Position numbers and translations under genes: made by a program. Under the pieces are notes generated by a model. It had not been told where the DNA came from, searched no databases, and saw only the letters and a list, made by a program, of their open reading frames with translations. A DNA stretch of 64,000 bases, from contig JAYTHX010000316.1 of NCBI GenBank assembly GCA_043732195.1, positions 7,575-71,574 on the forward strand, in the 5' to 3' direction. This document shows positions 36,278-45,184 of the stretch, in pieces; within the stretch, counting starts at the first letter, position 1, and each line of letters starts with the position of its first letter. The stretch comes from Polyangiaceae bacterium. Lineage in GTDB: Bacteria > Myxococcota_A > Polyangia > Polyangiales > Polyangiaceae.

Positions 36278-38170
36278 ATGGATCCGGCTCAGCTCCAACC
36301 CGGGTCTCGTCTCGACCGGTACGAGTTGCTCTGCCCGCTGGCGTACGGCGGCATGGCCTCGGTCTGGCTGGCGCGCTTCGGCGGCCGGCGCGGCTTCGAA
36401 CGCCTCGTCGTCGTGAAGATGATCCTCCCGCAGTACGCGTCGGAGCCGCGCTTTCAGGAGATGTTCGTCGACGAGGCGCGCATCGCCTCGCGCATCGAGC
36501 ACGGCAACGTCGCGCGCATCCTCGACGTCGGCGAGCAGGACGAGAACACGACGTACATCGTCATGGAGTGGGTCGACGGCGACTCGCTTTCCAAGGTGCT
36601 GCGCGCCGTCGAGCAGAAGAAGCAGCGCGTCCCCGCCGGGGTCGCGCTGCGGATCTGCGCCGACGCCGCGGCCGGGCTCCACGCGGCGCACGTCCTGACC
36701 GAGCGCGACGGGACGCCCCTCGGTGTCGTCCATCGCGACGTCTCCCCGCAGAACGTCCTCGTGTCGAACGCCGGCGCCACGCTCATCATCGACTTCGGCG
36801 TCGCGAAGGCGCGCGACCGCGTCTCGCAGGACACCAGCGCCGGCCAGCTGAAGGGCAAGATCCGCTACATGGCGCCGGAGCAGGCGCTGGGCCGCGAGCT
36901 CGACCACCGAGCCGACGTCTGGGCGCTCGGCGCGATCCTCTACGAGCTCTTCGCCGGCGTCTCGCCGTACGACGGGCCGAACGAGGTGGCGACGCTCCAC
37001 AAGCTCACCAGCGGCGCGCCCCCCGCGCCGCTGCCCGGGCACGTCCCCGACGCGGTGCGTGCCGTGGTCGAACGCGCGCTCGCCTATGATCCCGAGAATC
37101 GCTATGTGACGTGCCTCGAGCTGAACCTCGCGCTCGAGTCCGCGATGATCGAGATCGGCGAGCCCACGTCGGTCGCGGTGGTTGCACACTACACGGGTCA
37201 GCTGCTCGCCGACCGCAAGCTCGCCCGCAAGCGTGCCGTCGACACCGCCCTCGCCGCGGCGCACGGTCGTGACGCGTCGGGCCGCCCCAGCATGCCGGTC
37301 TCGATCGGCACGCCGGCCGCGAGCGAGCCGCGTGAGCTGACAGCCCACGTCGAGAGCAACGCCCGCTTCCGGGCGCCGCCGACGTACTCGCCCGAGCTCC
37401 CTTCGGCGCCGAGCAGCATGGCGTCGCGCTCGTCCGCGCCGCCGCACGGCTCGCTCGCGCCCAGCGTCCACGGGTCGAATTCGTTCGCGCCTCCCGGGTC
37501 CGGCTCGCACGCGCCGATGGGGTACGGCGAGTCGCCGAGCGCCACGAGCTCGGCGACGCTCGGCTCGGCAGCCATGGAGTACCTGCCCGAGGCCGGAGGC
37601 GATCCGTTCGGCCACGACCGCAAGCGGCGCTACCTGACCGCGGGCGTGCTCGCGGTCTCGGTGGTGGCCGGGCTCATCGGCGCGATCCTGATCGTCACGA
37701 CGGCGATGCGGCGTGACGCGGGGCGGAGCAGCGGCGCGGCGCCGACCGAGGCCACCGAGCCACCGGCGCCGGCCACCGCGGCCGAGCCGCCGTTGGCCGT
37801 CGTGACCGCGCTTGCTGCGCCGGTCGCCACGACGACGCCGGTGCCGGCCGCGCCGGCGGCGTCTAGCGCGCCGCCGCCTGCGACGGCGACGACCCCGCCA
37901 CCGCCCCCGGCCGCCATCGCCCGACGCCGAGCCCGGTCGTCCCGGCGGCGCGTCCACGCCCTGCGGCGCCGCCCGCGCCTCCCCCGCCGCCGGCGGCCGG
38001 CACGAAGCCGGACCGAGGGTTCTGAATCGCATGCTGCCTCGCCCGCTCGTTCTCGGCGCGCTGCTCGCAGGCGCGCTGGTCACGATCGCGCCGCGCGCCT
38101 CGGCCGACCCCAGCCTCTCGGATCGCGAGACCGCGCGCAGCCTCATGGACGACGGCGACGCGAAGCGTGA
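36278..38170 (+). CDS. membrane-anchored Ser/Thr protein kinase (STK-3); the 3' end is probably frame-disrupted
   Basis: YGGMASVWLA, VVVKMI, HRDVSPQNV, DFGVAK, YMAPEQ. One TM helix (AGVLAVSVVAGLIGAILIV). After about 37915 this frame becomes Arg-rich with poor GC3. The neighbouring frame stays Pro-rich with high GC3 and stops at 38025 (..PPPPPAAGTKPDRGF), 5 nt before the next ATG. Confidence 0.85.
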   Translation: MDPAQLQPGSRLDRYELLCPLAYGGMASVWLARFGGRRGFERLVVVKMILPQYASEPRFQEMFVDEARIASRIEHGNVARILDVGEQDENTTYIVMEWVDGDSLSKVLRAVEQKKQRVPAGVALRICADAAAGLHAAHVLTERDGTPLGVVHRDVSPQNVLVSNAGATLIIDFGVAKARDRVSQDTSAGQLKGKIRYMAPEQALGRELDHRADVWALGAILYELFAGVSPYDGPNEVATLHKLTSGAPPAPLPGHVPDAVRAVVERALAYDPENRYVTCLELNLALESAMIEIGEPTSVAVVAHYTGQLLADRKLARKRAVDTALAAAHGRDASGRPSMPVSIGTPAASEPRELTAHVESNARFRAPPTYSPELPSAPSSMASRSSAPPHGSLAPSVHGSNSFAPPGSGSHAPMGYGESPSATSSATLGSAAMEYLPEAGGDPFGHDRKRRYLTAGVLAVSVVAGLIGAILIVTTAMRRDAGRSSGAAPTEATEPPAPATAAEPPLAVVTALAAPVATTTPVPAAPAASSAPPPATATTPPPPPAAIARRRARSSRRRVHALRRRPRLPRRRRPARSRTEGSESHAASPARSRRAARRRAGHDRAARLGRPQPLGSRDRAQPHGRRRREA

Positions 38171-39029
38171 GAAGAACGACTTGAAGGCCGCGCTGAAGAG
38201 CTACGAGGCTGCAGATGCCATCATGCACGTGCCGACCACCGGCCTCGAGGTCGCGCGCGCGCAGGCGCAGCTCGGGCTCCTTCTCGAAGCACGCGAGACG
38301 CTCGCGCGCGTGATGCGGCTGCCCCCGAAGCCCGGCGAGCCCGCGCCGCTCACCGCCGCGCGCCGGACCGCGGAGCAGCTGAACGGCGAGCTCGCGACGC
38401 GCCTGCCGTCGATCACGGTGGTGGTGGCGAACGCCGACCCCACGCAGCCCGCGCAGATCGTCGTCGACGGCGATCCGGTCCCGACGGCGGCGGCGCAGGC
38501 GCCGCGCAAGGTGAACCCGGGACGGCACGCCATCGTCGTCCGGGCGGGCTCGACCGAGCGCAAGCAGGACGTGACGGTCGCCGAGCGTGAGACGCGCACG
38601 GTGACGATCGATGTCAAGCAGCCGCCGTCGCCGCCGACCCACCCGAGCAGCACCGAACGGCCGCGCGAGCCGTCGGCTTCCGCGCTGCCCAAGGCGCTCA
38701 TCATCGGGGGCTTCGCGGTGGGCGCGATCGGCATCGGCGTCGGCAGCGTGACCGGCCTCATGAGCTTCTCGAAGGTCTCGGACGTGAAGACCGATTGCGT
38801 CGACAACACGTGCAAGCCGAGCCGCGAGGCCGACATCGAGGCGGCGCGGTCACTCGGCACGATCTCGACGATCGCGTTCGTCGCGGGCGGCGTCGGCGTC
38901 GCTGCGGGCGTGGTGGGCATCGTGCTCTCGGGCAAGCAGCCCAAGGAATCCCCGCCCGGCACGAGCGCGAGGCTCAAGGTCGTCCCGGACGTCGGCCCCG
39001 CGTGGCTGGGCGCCCACGGCACGTTCTGA
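38031..39029 (+). CDS. secreted TPR-like/PEGA-like protein with C-terminal TM segments (paralog of 28882..29919)
   Basis: Signal peptide MLPRPLVLGALLAGALVTIAPRASA, and the same architecture as its paralog (IVVDGDPVP...VNPGRHAIVVRAG; GFAVGAIGIGVGSVTGLMSF; C.DN.C). The C-terminus is ..GAHGTF. Confidence 0.7.
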   Translation: MLPRPLVLGALLAGALVTIAPRASADPSLSDRETARSLMDDGDAKREKNDLKAALKSYEAADAIMHVPTTGLEVARAQAQLGLLLEARETLARVMRLPPKPGEPAPLTAARRTAEQLNGELATRLPSITVVVANADPTQPAQIVVDGDPVPTAAAQAPRKVNPGRHAIVVRAGSTERKQDVTVAERETRTVTIDVKQPPSPPTHPSSTERPREPSASALPKALIIGGFAVGAIGIGVGSVTGLMSFSKVSDVKTDCVDNTCKPSREADIEAARSLGTISTIAFVAGGVGVAAGVVGIVLSGKQPKESPPGTSARLKVVPDVGPAWLGAHGTF

Positions 39030-39080
39030 TCGCGCGCCGGAATCACGGGAGCCCCTGAGCCCCCGTGTCTCGTCGGGTCG

Positions 39081-39863
39081 CTACGCGAACGAAGCGCGGA
39101 AGGCGGAGGCGAAGTCCTTCGCCAGCTGCCCGTCGATCGCGCCGCCCGGGATGCCGCCCACGCGGAGGGCGCTGCCCACCACCACGCCGTTCGCCGACGC
39201 GGCGAGCGCGCTCAGCGTCGCGAGCGTCGCGCCGCTTGCCACCAGCACCGGCTTGCCCGACGCGCGCTGCACCGCCGCGAGCTTCTCGAGGTCGACGCCC
39301 TTGCCCGTCCCCTCCCCGGTCACGAGCACGACGTCCGCCATCCCGCGCTTCGTGAGGTCCTCGACTTCTTGCACCAGCGGCCGCGTCGCGCCGAGCGGCG
39401 CCGAGTGCTTCACGTCGACATCGGCCCAGACCGCGATCTTCTCGGCGCCGAGCGCCCGCCGCAGCCGCAGCGTGGTCGCGGCCTCACCCTGCACGATCCC
39501 CTGGTCGGTGACGCGCGCCCCGGTGTGGACGTTGATCCGCACGAACGCCGCCCCGGTGCAGACCGCGACCGCGAGCGCCGCCTCCGCATCGTTGCGCAGG
39601 ACATTGATCCCCAGCGGCACGCCGGGCGCCGCGGCGCTGACCGCGACCGCGCAGGCCGTCATCGCCGCCACCGTGATCGCAGGCACGCGCGTCGCGAAGA
39701 ACGGCGTGTCGCCGAAGTTCTCCACGATGATCGCGTCGTAGCCGGCCTCGGCGAGCACGCGCGCATCCGCTGCCGCGCTCGCCGCACACGCCGCGGCGTC
39801 GAGCTCCGAACGCGGGCTACCCGGCAGAGCGGGCAGATGAATCACACCGACGAGCATCCCCAT
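39081..39863 (-). CDS. BtpA/SgcQ family (TIM-barrel) protein
   Basis: MGMLVGVIHLPALPGSPRS...IIVENFGDTPF...INVLRND. Start at ATG 39863, 11 nt after the gspN stop. The rest of the 590-aa track ORF is out-of-frame gspN. Confidence 0.7.
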   Translation of the reverse strand: MGMLVGVIHLPALPGSPRSELDAAACAASAAADARVLAEAGYDAIIVENFGDTPFFATRVPAITVAAMTACAVAVSAAAPGVPLGINVLRNDAEAALAVAVCTGAAFVRINVHTGARVTDQGIVQGEAATTLRLRRALGAEKIAVWADVDVKHSAPLGATRPLVQEVEDLTKRGMADVVLVTGEGTGKGVDLEKLAAVQRASGKPVLVASGATLATLSALAASANGVVVGSALRVGGIPGGAIDGQLAKDFASAFRASFA

Positions 39864-39874
39864 GCGCGGGGACT

Positions 39875-40945
39875 CTACTTGAAGTTGAAGCCGCTCGTCC
39901 CGGTCGCAGCGCCGCCCGGGCTGCTGCTCCCACCGCCGAAGATCGGGGTCACGCTCGCGCCCGCCGGCTGCGGATCTGGTCGCGCCAGGGTGCCGCCGAT
40001 CTTGAGGCCGTAGTAGCCGTCGGGCGTCTTGGACTTGGCCATGCGCGGGTCGATCTCGAGCATCGGCTTGTCCTTCGAGCCCGGTGCCCCGAAGAGCATC
40101 TTGGTCTTGTCGTTCTTGTTGCGGTAAGCGTCGTTGATCTTGAACTTGAGGTTCACCTCGAGGTGCGCGTCGGTCGCGACCTCGCGGAGCTGGACGCGCC
40201 CGTCGCCGTTCACGTCGACGTCGCCGCCGGAGGCGCCGATCTTCGTGATCTTGAGGATGCCGTCCTTCGCGTCGCCGTTGACCGCGAACGCGCCGATCTT
40301 GAGGCGCGGCAGCGTGAAGGGCCCGAGCGGCGTCTTGACCGTGAGCTCCTTGGCGTTGCCCGCAAACAGGTCGCGGATCTCGAGGTTCACGTTGCCCACG
40401 GCCTTCGAGGCCTTGCCTTCCGGGAGCTGGAGCTTGAGGTTGCCGAACAGCTTGCCCTCGAGCGGAAAGCCGACGTTCGCCGCGATGGCGTCGATCCGGC
40501 TCATGTCGACGCCATCGAACGTGACATCGACGTTGCGCTCCTTGCCGCTGTCCTCGAACGTGCCCTTGATGGTGCCGTCGAACGCGTCGATGCGGAAGCT
40601 CACGTCCTTGTTGCCCACCAGCAGACCGAGCAGCGAGATGCGGGCGCGGACCTCGTCGATCTTGATCTCGGTGGGGCCCTTCGTGGGATCGGCCGAGGGC
40701 GAGACGAGCTTCACGCCCTTGGCCTTGACGCCGGTGAGCCATGACGAATCGAGCTCCTCGATCTGGAGCTCCTGCGGGCTCGGCGAGCTCCGTTGCCCGG
40801 CGTTGAACGTCGTGACGATGCGCTCCTTGAGCTTCTCGTAGGGGAACGTCCACGAGAGGAACACGACGAGCGACAACAGATAGAAGAGCGGGTAGCCGAC
40901 CTTGGGCGCGATCCGCTTCAGCTTCTCCTTGGTGGCGTCCGTCAT
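39875..40945 (-). CDS. gspN: type II secretion system protein GspN-like
   Basis: N-terminal TM helix (YPLFYLLSLVVFLSWTFPYEKLKERI) and a beta-rich body. It holds the last position of the gsp cluster, with an ATGA-type overlap with gspM. Confidence 0.6.
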   Translation of the reverse strand: MTDATKEKLKRIAPKVGYPLFYLLSLVVFLSWTFPYEKLKERIVTTFNAGQRSSPSPQELQIEELDSSWLTGVKAKGVKLVSPSADPTKGPTEIKIDEVRARISLLGLLVGNKDVSFRIDAFDGTIKGTFEDSGKERNVDVTFDGVDMSRIDAIAANVGFPLEGKLFGNLKLQLPEGKASKAVGNVNLEIRDLFAGNAKELTVKTPLGPFTLPRLKIGAFAVNGDAKDGILKITKIGASGGDVDVNGDGRVQLREVATDAHLEVNLKFKINDAYRNKNDKTKMLFGAPGSKDKPMLEIDPRMAKSKTPDGYYGLKIGGTLARPDPQPAGASVTPIFGGGSSSPGGAATGTSGFNFK

Positions 40946-41517
40946 GGCTTGCTCGGGGAGGCCGGCGAAGGCGCAGGGGTGAGCTCGGTGCGGTCGTACG
41001 CGGAGACGCCGATCTCGACGTCGTAAGAGTCGGGCTCGCCCGCGCGCTTGCGGATGTTGAGGCGCGAGACGGCGACCGGGTAGCTGCTCTTCTCGATCGC
41101 CTCGAGGAACTTCGCGATCGGTCCCATCCCCGACTTCTTCAGGTGGATGACGGTATTTCGTTCGAGGTACCGCTTGCCGTGCGGCACGTCCGGCCGGTCG
41201 ACGGAGTCGGTGACCTGGAGCTTCTGCGCGCTCGCGGTCTGCTCGAGAAAGCCCGCGAGCTGCGGAGCCTTCTTCCCGTAGCGCTGCGCAATGGAGTCCT
41301 TGCGCTCGGCGCGCTCGCGGATCTGCGCGCGCGCGCCGTTCACGGCGTTGAGCGCGGTGCGGAGCTCGTCGTTCTCGTTGCGGCGGCCCGACACGAGCGT
41401 CTGGAGGCCGATGGGAATGGCGAGGAGCATCATCACGCCCAGCACCAGCACGGCGACGGTGGCGATGCGCTGCTCGCGCGGGTTCAGACCCCAGCGCTCG
41501 AAGATCGGGAGGACCAT
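40942..41517 (-). CDS. gspM: type II secretion system protein GspM
   Basis: 191 aa, a single TM helix (IATVAVLVLGVMMLLAIPIGL) and a small periplasmic domain. Position is after gspL. Confidence 0.65.
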   Translation of the reverse strand: MVLPIFERWGLNPREQRIATVAVLVLGVMMLLAIPIGLQTLVSGRRNENDELRTALNAVNGARAQIRERAERKDSIAQRYGKKAPQLAGFLEQTASAQKLQVTDSVDRPDVPHGKRYLERNTVIHLKKSGMGPIAKFLEAIEKSSYPVAVSRLNIRKRAGEPDSYDVEIGVSAYDRTELTPAPSPASPSKP

Positions 41518-41518
41518 G

Positions 41519-43042
41519 TTACTTCCCCGTCCCTGCCGGCGCGGCCGACGACGATGCAGCGGTGCTGGTGGTGGGCTTCTTGGCGCCGCCCTTCGTGTCC
41601 TCGGGACACTTGATGTCGAACTCGAGCACGTAGACCTGCGAGGTCCCGCCGACCTCCGCGGTGGTGCGCGTGATCTTCGGGTCGGCGAAGCAGCGCTCCG
41701 CAGCCACGGAGGCCTTGATGGCCTGCGCGTCGGGGATGCTGCCGACCACGCCGTTCACGACGACGTGGCCCTTCTGGATGTCGAGCTCGCGGATGTCATG
41801 GGTCATCGACGGCGGGATGAGCTCGGACAGCTTCACCATCACGTCGAACGAGTCGGCGTGGGGGAGCGGGTCCTCGTCGGTGGTCGCGGTCTGCGCGGCG
41901 AGCAGCTCGTTGGCGCGGGCCGCCTCGCGCGTCTCGTCGTTCAGGACGTCCTTCGTGACGATCGCCAGCGCGTTCTCGAGCACCACCTTCTCCTTTCCCT
42001 TCGCGTAGAGCTGCGCCCACGCGGAGAAGAGGAAGCTCACGAGGATGACCGCGGCGAGGCCCGCGATGAGCGGCACCTTCTCCTTCACCCAGGCAAAGCC
42101 GCGCTCGAAGGCGAGCGGCCCCTTGCGCAGGTTGAGGCCGATGGGACGGGGCCCGAGGCCGACCGCGAGGCCGATGGCCTTCGCGAAGCGCGCCATCACC
42201 GCGATGTGATCGGCGGCGATGCCCGGCGCATCGAGGGTGGGCGTGGGGAGCACCTCGACCGGGAGCTCGAGCGCGCTAGAGAGGAACGCGAGCGCGCCGG
42301 AGACGTAGGCGCCGCCGCCGGCGAGGAAGAGGCGGACCGGCGCCTCTCCGCCCTGCGAGCGATGCGCGGCGATGGTGGTGCGGAGCTCGCGCGCGAGCTT
42401 GGCCGCGGTGCCGGGCAGGCCCTTGGTCCCGAGCGCGACGGTGCGCGCGAAGATCGGCTCGCCCATCTTGAGGATGATGACGTCGCTCGAGACGGTGCCG
42501 AGATCGACGATGCCGATCACGCCCTCGCCGATCGCCGGCACGTACGGCAGGAGGTTCGCGATGGGGAACGCCCCGAGACCGACACGCTCCGGCTCGGCGC
42601 CGAGCGCACCCTTCACGAGATCGATCCGCGCCACGACGTCGGAGGTCTTCGCGACGCCCACGAGCACCGCGAGCTCCTCGCCCTTCGTGTCGCGGAGGCC
42701 CGGCAGCACGCGGTAGTCGAACACCGACTCCTCGATGTCGAACGGGAGCTTCGACTCCAGCTCGAACGGCAGGACCTCGGAGACGGACTTCGCCGCGCTC
42801 GCCGGAAGCCCGACCACCTTCACGGTGCTGCGCTGCCCTTCGAGGGAGATGGCGAGCGCGTCGCCGAGCCCGCGGTCGCCGGTGGCGAGCTTCGCGGCCT
42901 GCTGGATGGCCTCGGAGACTCCCCCCGCCTGCGCGACCTCGACGCTCGCGAGCCCCACCAGCTGCACCTTGCGGTACGCGGTGCGGAGCGCAGCGACCTT
43001 CACGGCCGTGGTCCCGATGTCGATTCCCAGAAGCGTGCTCAT
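41519..43042 (-). CDS. gspL: type II secretion system protein GspL (actin-like/PilM-like N-domain)
   Basis: Start at ATG 43042 (MSTLLGIDIGTTAVKVAAL). A central TM helix (VPLIAGLAAVILVSFLFSAW) and a periplasmic C-domain. Confidence 0.7.
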   Translation of the reverse strand: MSTLLGIDIGTTAVKVAALRTAYRKVQLVGLASVEVAQAGGVSEAIQQAAKLATGDRGLGDALAISLEGQRSTVKVVGLPASAAKSVSEVLPFELESKLPFDIEESVFDYRVLPGLRDTKGEELAVLVGVAKTSDVVARIDLVKGALGAEPERVGLGAFPIANLLPYVPAIGEGVIGIVDLGTVSSDVIILKMGEPIFARTVALGTKGLPGTAAKLARELRTTIAAHRSQGGEAPVRLFLAGGGAYVSGALAFLSSALELPVEVLPTPTLDAPGIAADHIAVMARFAKAIGLAVGLGPRPIGLNLRKGPLAFERGFAWVKEKVPLIAGLAAVILVSFLFSAWAQLYAKGKEKVVLENALAIVTKDVLNDETREAARANELLAAQTATTDEDPLPHADSFDVMVKLSELIPPSMTHDIRELDIQKGHVVVNGVVGSIPDAQAIKASVAAERCFADPKITRTTAEVGGTSQVYVLEFDIKCPEDTKGGAKKPTTSTAASSSAAPAGTGK

Positions 43043-43055
43043 GTGATGTTCACCA

Positions 43056-44483
43056 TCATTCCATCCGGAAGTAGACGACGGTCCCGCCCGTGCTCGGTTG
43101 ATTCGCAGCCGCGATCGCGTCGGCGCTGTTCGGTGCGGAGGTCCCCGCCGTCGTGGTCGCGGGCGTGGTGGGCGTGCCACCCGGCGTGAGGGGCGAGGTG
43201 CCCGGCGCGGCCGGCGTGCTCAGGTTCGGTGCGTTGCGGAAGTCGACCACCGCGTGCACGCGCACGCGCGTCTCGCGGCGGTAGCCCTTCTTCACGCCCA
43301 CTGCGTAGATCGAGAACATCTTGCTCTCGGTGGTGATGCTCTTCTGGAACTCGGCCTGCGACTTGAAGACGACCGGCTTCATGCCGATGCCCGCGAGCAG
43401 CGGGCCCAGCTGGCCCTTCCCCGAGAGCGCCTGCACGAAGTCACGCGTGTTGCCGAACATCGGAGCGCCCATGGTGATTCCGCGCGCCATGGTCACGCCG
43501 GTGAGAAAGAGCGCGGCCTGATCGGGCAGCGTGCAGATCTCCGCGGCGGGCGCGCCAGCGCACACGACGCCGAGGAGCGTCTGCGCGTTCGCGGTGTTCA
43601 CGTTGACCATGCCCTGACCCCACACCGTGACCACGCGCTTCTTCGGGTTCGTGGGATCGGGGTCGATGAACGTGGACCAGAAGTCCTCGCTCACGCCGCG
43701 CACCATGTGCAGCTCCTCGAGCGAGTCGTAGGGCGCGTTCTTGCGCTGGTAGGGCCTCGGCAGTAGCCGGTACCACGCATCCTCGACGCCCGCGTTCTGC
43801 GCCGCCGAGAGCTGGCTGAGATCGCAGTTGAACGCTTGCTCGTCGACGTCGGCCCAATCGATGAGCGCCTGGCAGACGGCGACGCGATCGTGGAACTGCC
43901 CGCTCCCGTCCTTCTGCTCGAAGATCGTCGAGTACTGAGGCGGGCCGATCAGCGACATGATCTCCTGCGCCAGACGGATGTGCGCGATGTCGTTCGCAGC
44001 GCCGAGGTTGACGTTGATCTTCGAGTCCTCGTCGACGATGACGAGCTCGTACTTCCCGCCCTGCATGCCCAGATTCTTGCTCTGGGACATGTCGAGACCG
44101 ACGGTGGCGGCGAAGTCCTTGCTGGACTCCTGGTCGTTGAAGGCCCCGAGCAGACGGTCCGAAAACTCCCAGACCGGGAGCTGCGGCGGCGTCCGCTTCA
44201 TCAGCTGGAACATCGGCGCGATGGCCTTGCGCATCGTGGGCTCGGTGGCGATGAGCAGCCGCGAGAGGTTCACCGCGCTGCGCGCCATGTACTCGGCCTG
44301 GAGCGAGTCGCGCTCGGCGCTGGCGGCGGCGAGCTCGGCGCTCGTCTCGTCCTGGAACTCCGCGAGCATGACGGTGAGGATCGCGATCGCCCCCATCACC
44401 ATGACGAGCGCGATCCCGCGCTCCTGCTTGCGCTTCTTCGCGCGCCGGCGCACGCGCAGGCTCCTGGCCGAGGCGGCGCTCAT
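43056..44483 (-). CDS. gspK: type II secretion system minor pseudopilin GspK
   Basis: Start at ATG 44483 (ATGA overlap with gspJ). ERGIALVMVMGAIAILTVMLAEF, and a GspK-like body (NVNTANAQTL, SLEELHMVRGV). Confidence 0.75.
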   Translation of the reverse strand: MSAASARSLRVRRRAKKRKQERGIALVMVMGAIAILTVMLAEFQDETSAELAAASAERDSLQAEYMARSAVNLSRLLIATEPTMRKAIAPMFQLMKRTPPQLPVWEFSDRLLGAFNDQESSKDFAATVGLDMSQSKNLGMQGGKYELVIVDEDSKINVNLGAANDIAHIRLAQEIMSLIGPPQYSTIFEQKDGSGQFHDRVAVCQALIDWADVDEQAFNCDLSQLSAAQNAGVEDAWYRLLPRPYQRKNAPYDSLEELHMVRGVSEDFWSTFIDPDPTNPKKRVVTVWGQGMVNVNTANAQTLLGVVCAGAPAAEICTLPDQAALFLTGVTMARGITMGAPMFGNTRDFVQALSGKGQLGPLLAGIGMKPVVFKSQAEFQKSITTESKMFSIYAVGVKKGYRRETRVRVHAVVDFRNAPNLSTPAAPGTSPLTPGGTPTTPATTTAGTSAPNSADAIAAANQPSTGGTVVYFRME

Positions 44484-45184
44484 CGCGGGATCCCGAAGCT
44501 CAGGGGCTGCTGCATCGGGAGCATGAACTTCGTGATGAAGCGGAACGGCGGGCTGTTCTTCACCGGCTTCAGGACGAGCGTCACCTTGACCTCGACGGGC
44601 AGCCGATTGAGCTGCCCGGTGAGCTGCGTGGTGTCCCAGGTCTCCAGCCACTGGCCGGAGATGGGATCGAGGAAGCGCATGTCGAACAGCTCGATGTCCT
44701 CCGCGAGCACGTTCACCACGCCGCCCTTCTTGGGGTCGAAGTCCGGGTTCGCCTGCTCACGGCGAACGAGGTCCATCTTGTCCTCCTTGTCGGGATCCTT
44801 GACGACGAAGTAGCCGATCTCCGCCTGGTCCGACTCCTTCGACTCCTTCTCCAGGCGGCGGTGGGCGAACGAGACGAAGTCGAGGCGATCGAAGGCCTGG
44901 CCGTTCGTGGCGATGAACACCGTCTGCCGGGTGATCAGCGCCTGGCTCGCGGGGTTGTGCATCGAGAGGAACGCGCTCGAGACCTCGCGCGTGATGCGAT
45001 CCATCGCGTCGCGGCCCTGGCGCGCGCGGTCCACGCGCAGCGCCTCGCCCTTGCGACCGCGCGACATCGAGTCGAACGCTCCGTAGATGAGGAGCGAGAT
45101 CATCGCCAGGACGCCGAGCGAGACGAGCACCTCGAGCAGCGTCATGCCGCGGGCGAGCGCGCGGCGCTTCCGGCGGGCAATCAT
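44480..45184 (-). CDS. gspJ: type II secretion system minor pseudopilin GspJ
   Basis: Start at ATG 45184 (ATGA overlap with gspI). Prepilin motif LARG/MTLLEVLVSLGVLAMISL. Confidence 0.7.
   Translation of the reverse strand: MIARRKRRALARGMTLLEVLVSLGVLAMISLLIYGAFDSMSRGRKGEALRVDRARQGRDAMDRITREVSSAFLSMHNPASQALITRQTVFIATNGQAFDRLDFVSFAHRRLEKESKESDQAEIGYFVVKDPDKEDKMDLVRREQANPDFDPKKGGVVNVLAEDIELFDMRFLDPISGQWLETWDTTQLTGQLNRLPVEVKVTLVLKPVKNSPPFRFITKFMLPMQQPLSFGIPR

Noticed and set aside
39044-39067. Hairpin cacggg-N12-cccgtg between the convergent PEGA-like and btpA genes, considered as a bidirectional terminator.
   Set aside because: The stem is short (6 bp), the loop is long and there are no flanking T/A runs. 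Support is too weak.
39081-40853. 590-aa minus-strand ORF suggesting a large fusion protein.
   Set aside because: Only the C-terminal 260 aa (BtpA family, from ATG 39863) is coding-like. The N-terminal part is an alternative frame of gspN (39875-40945), which has the better GC3 and a TM and domain architecture.
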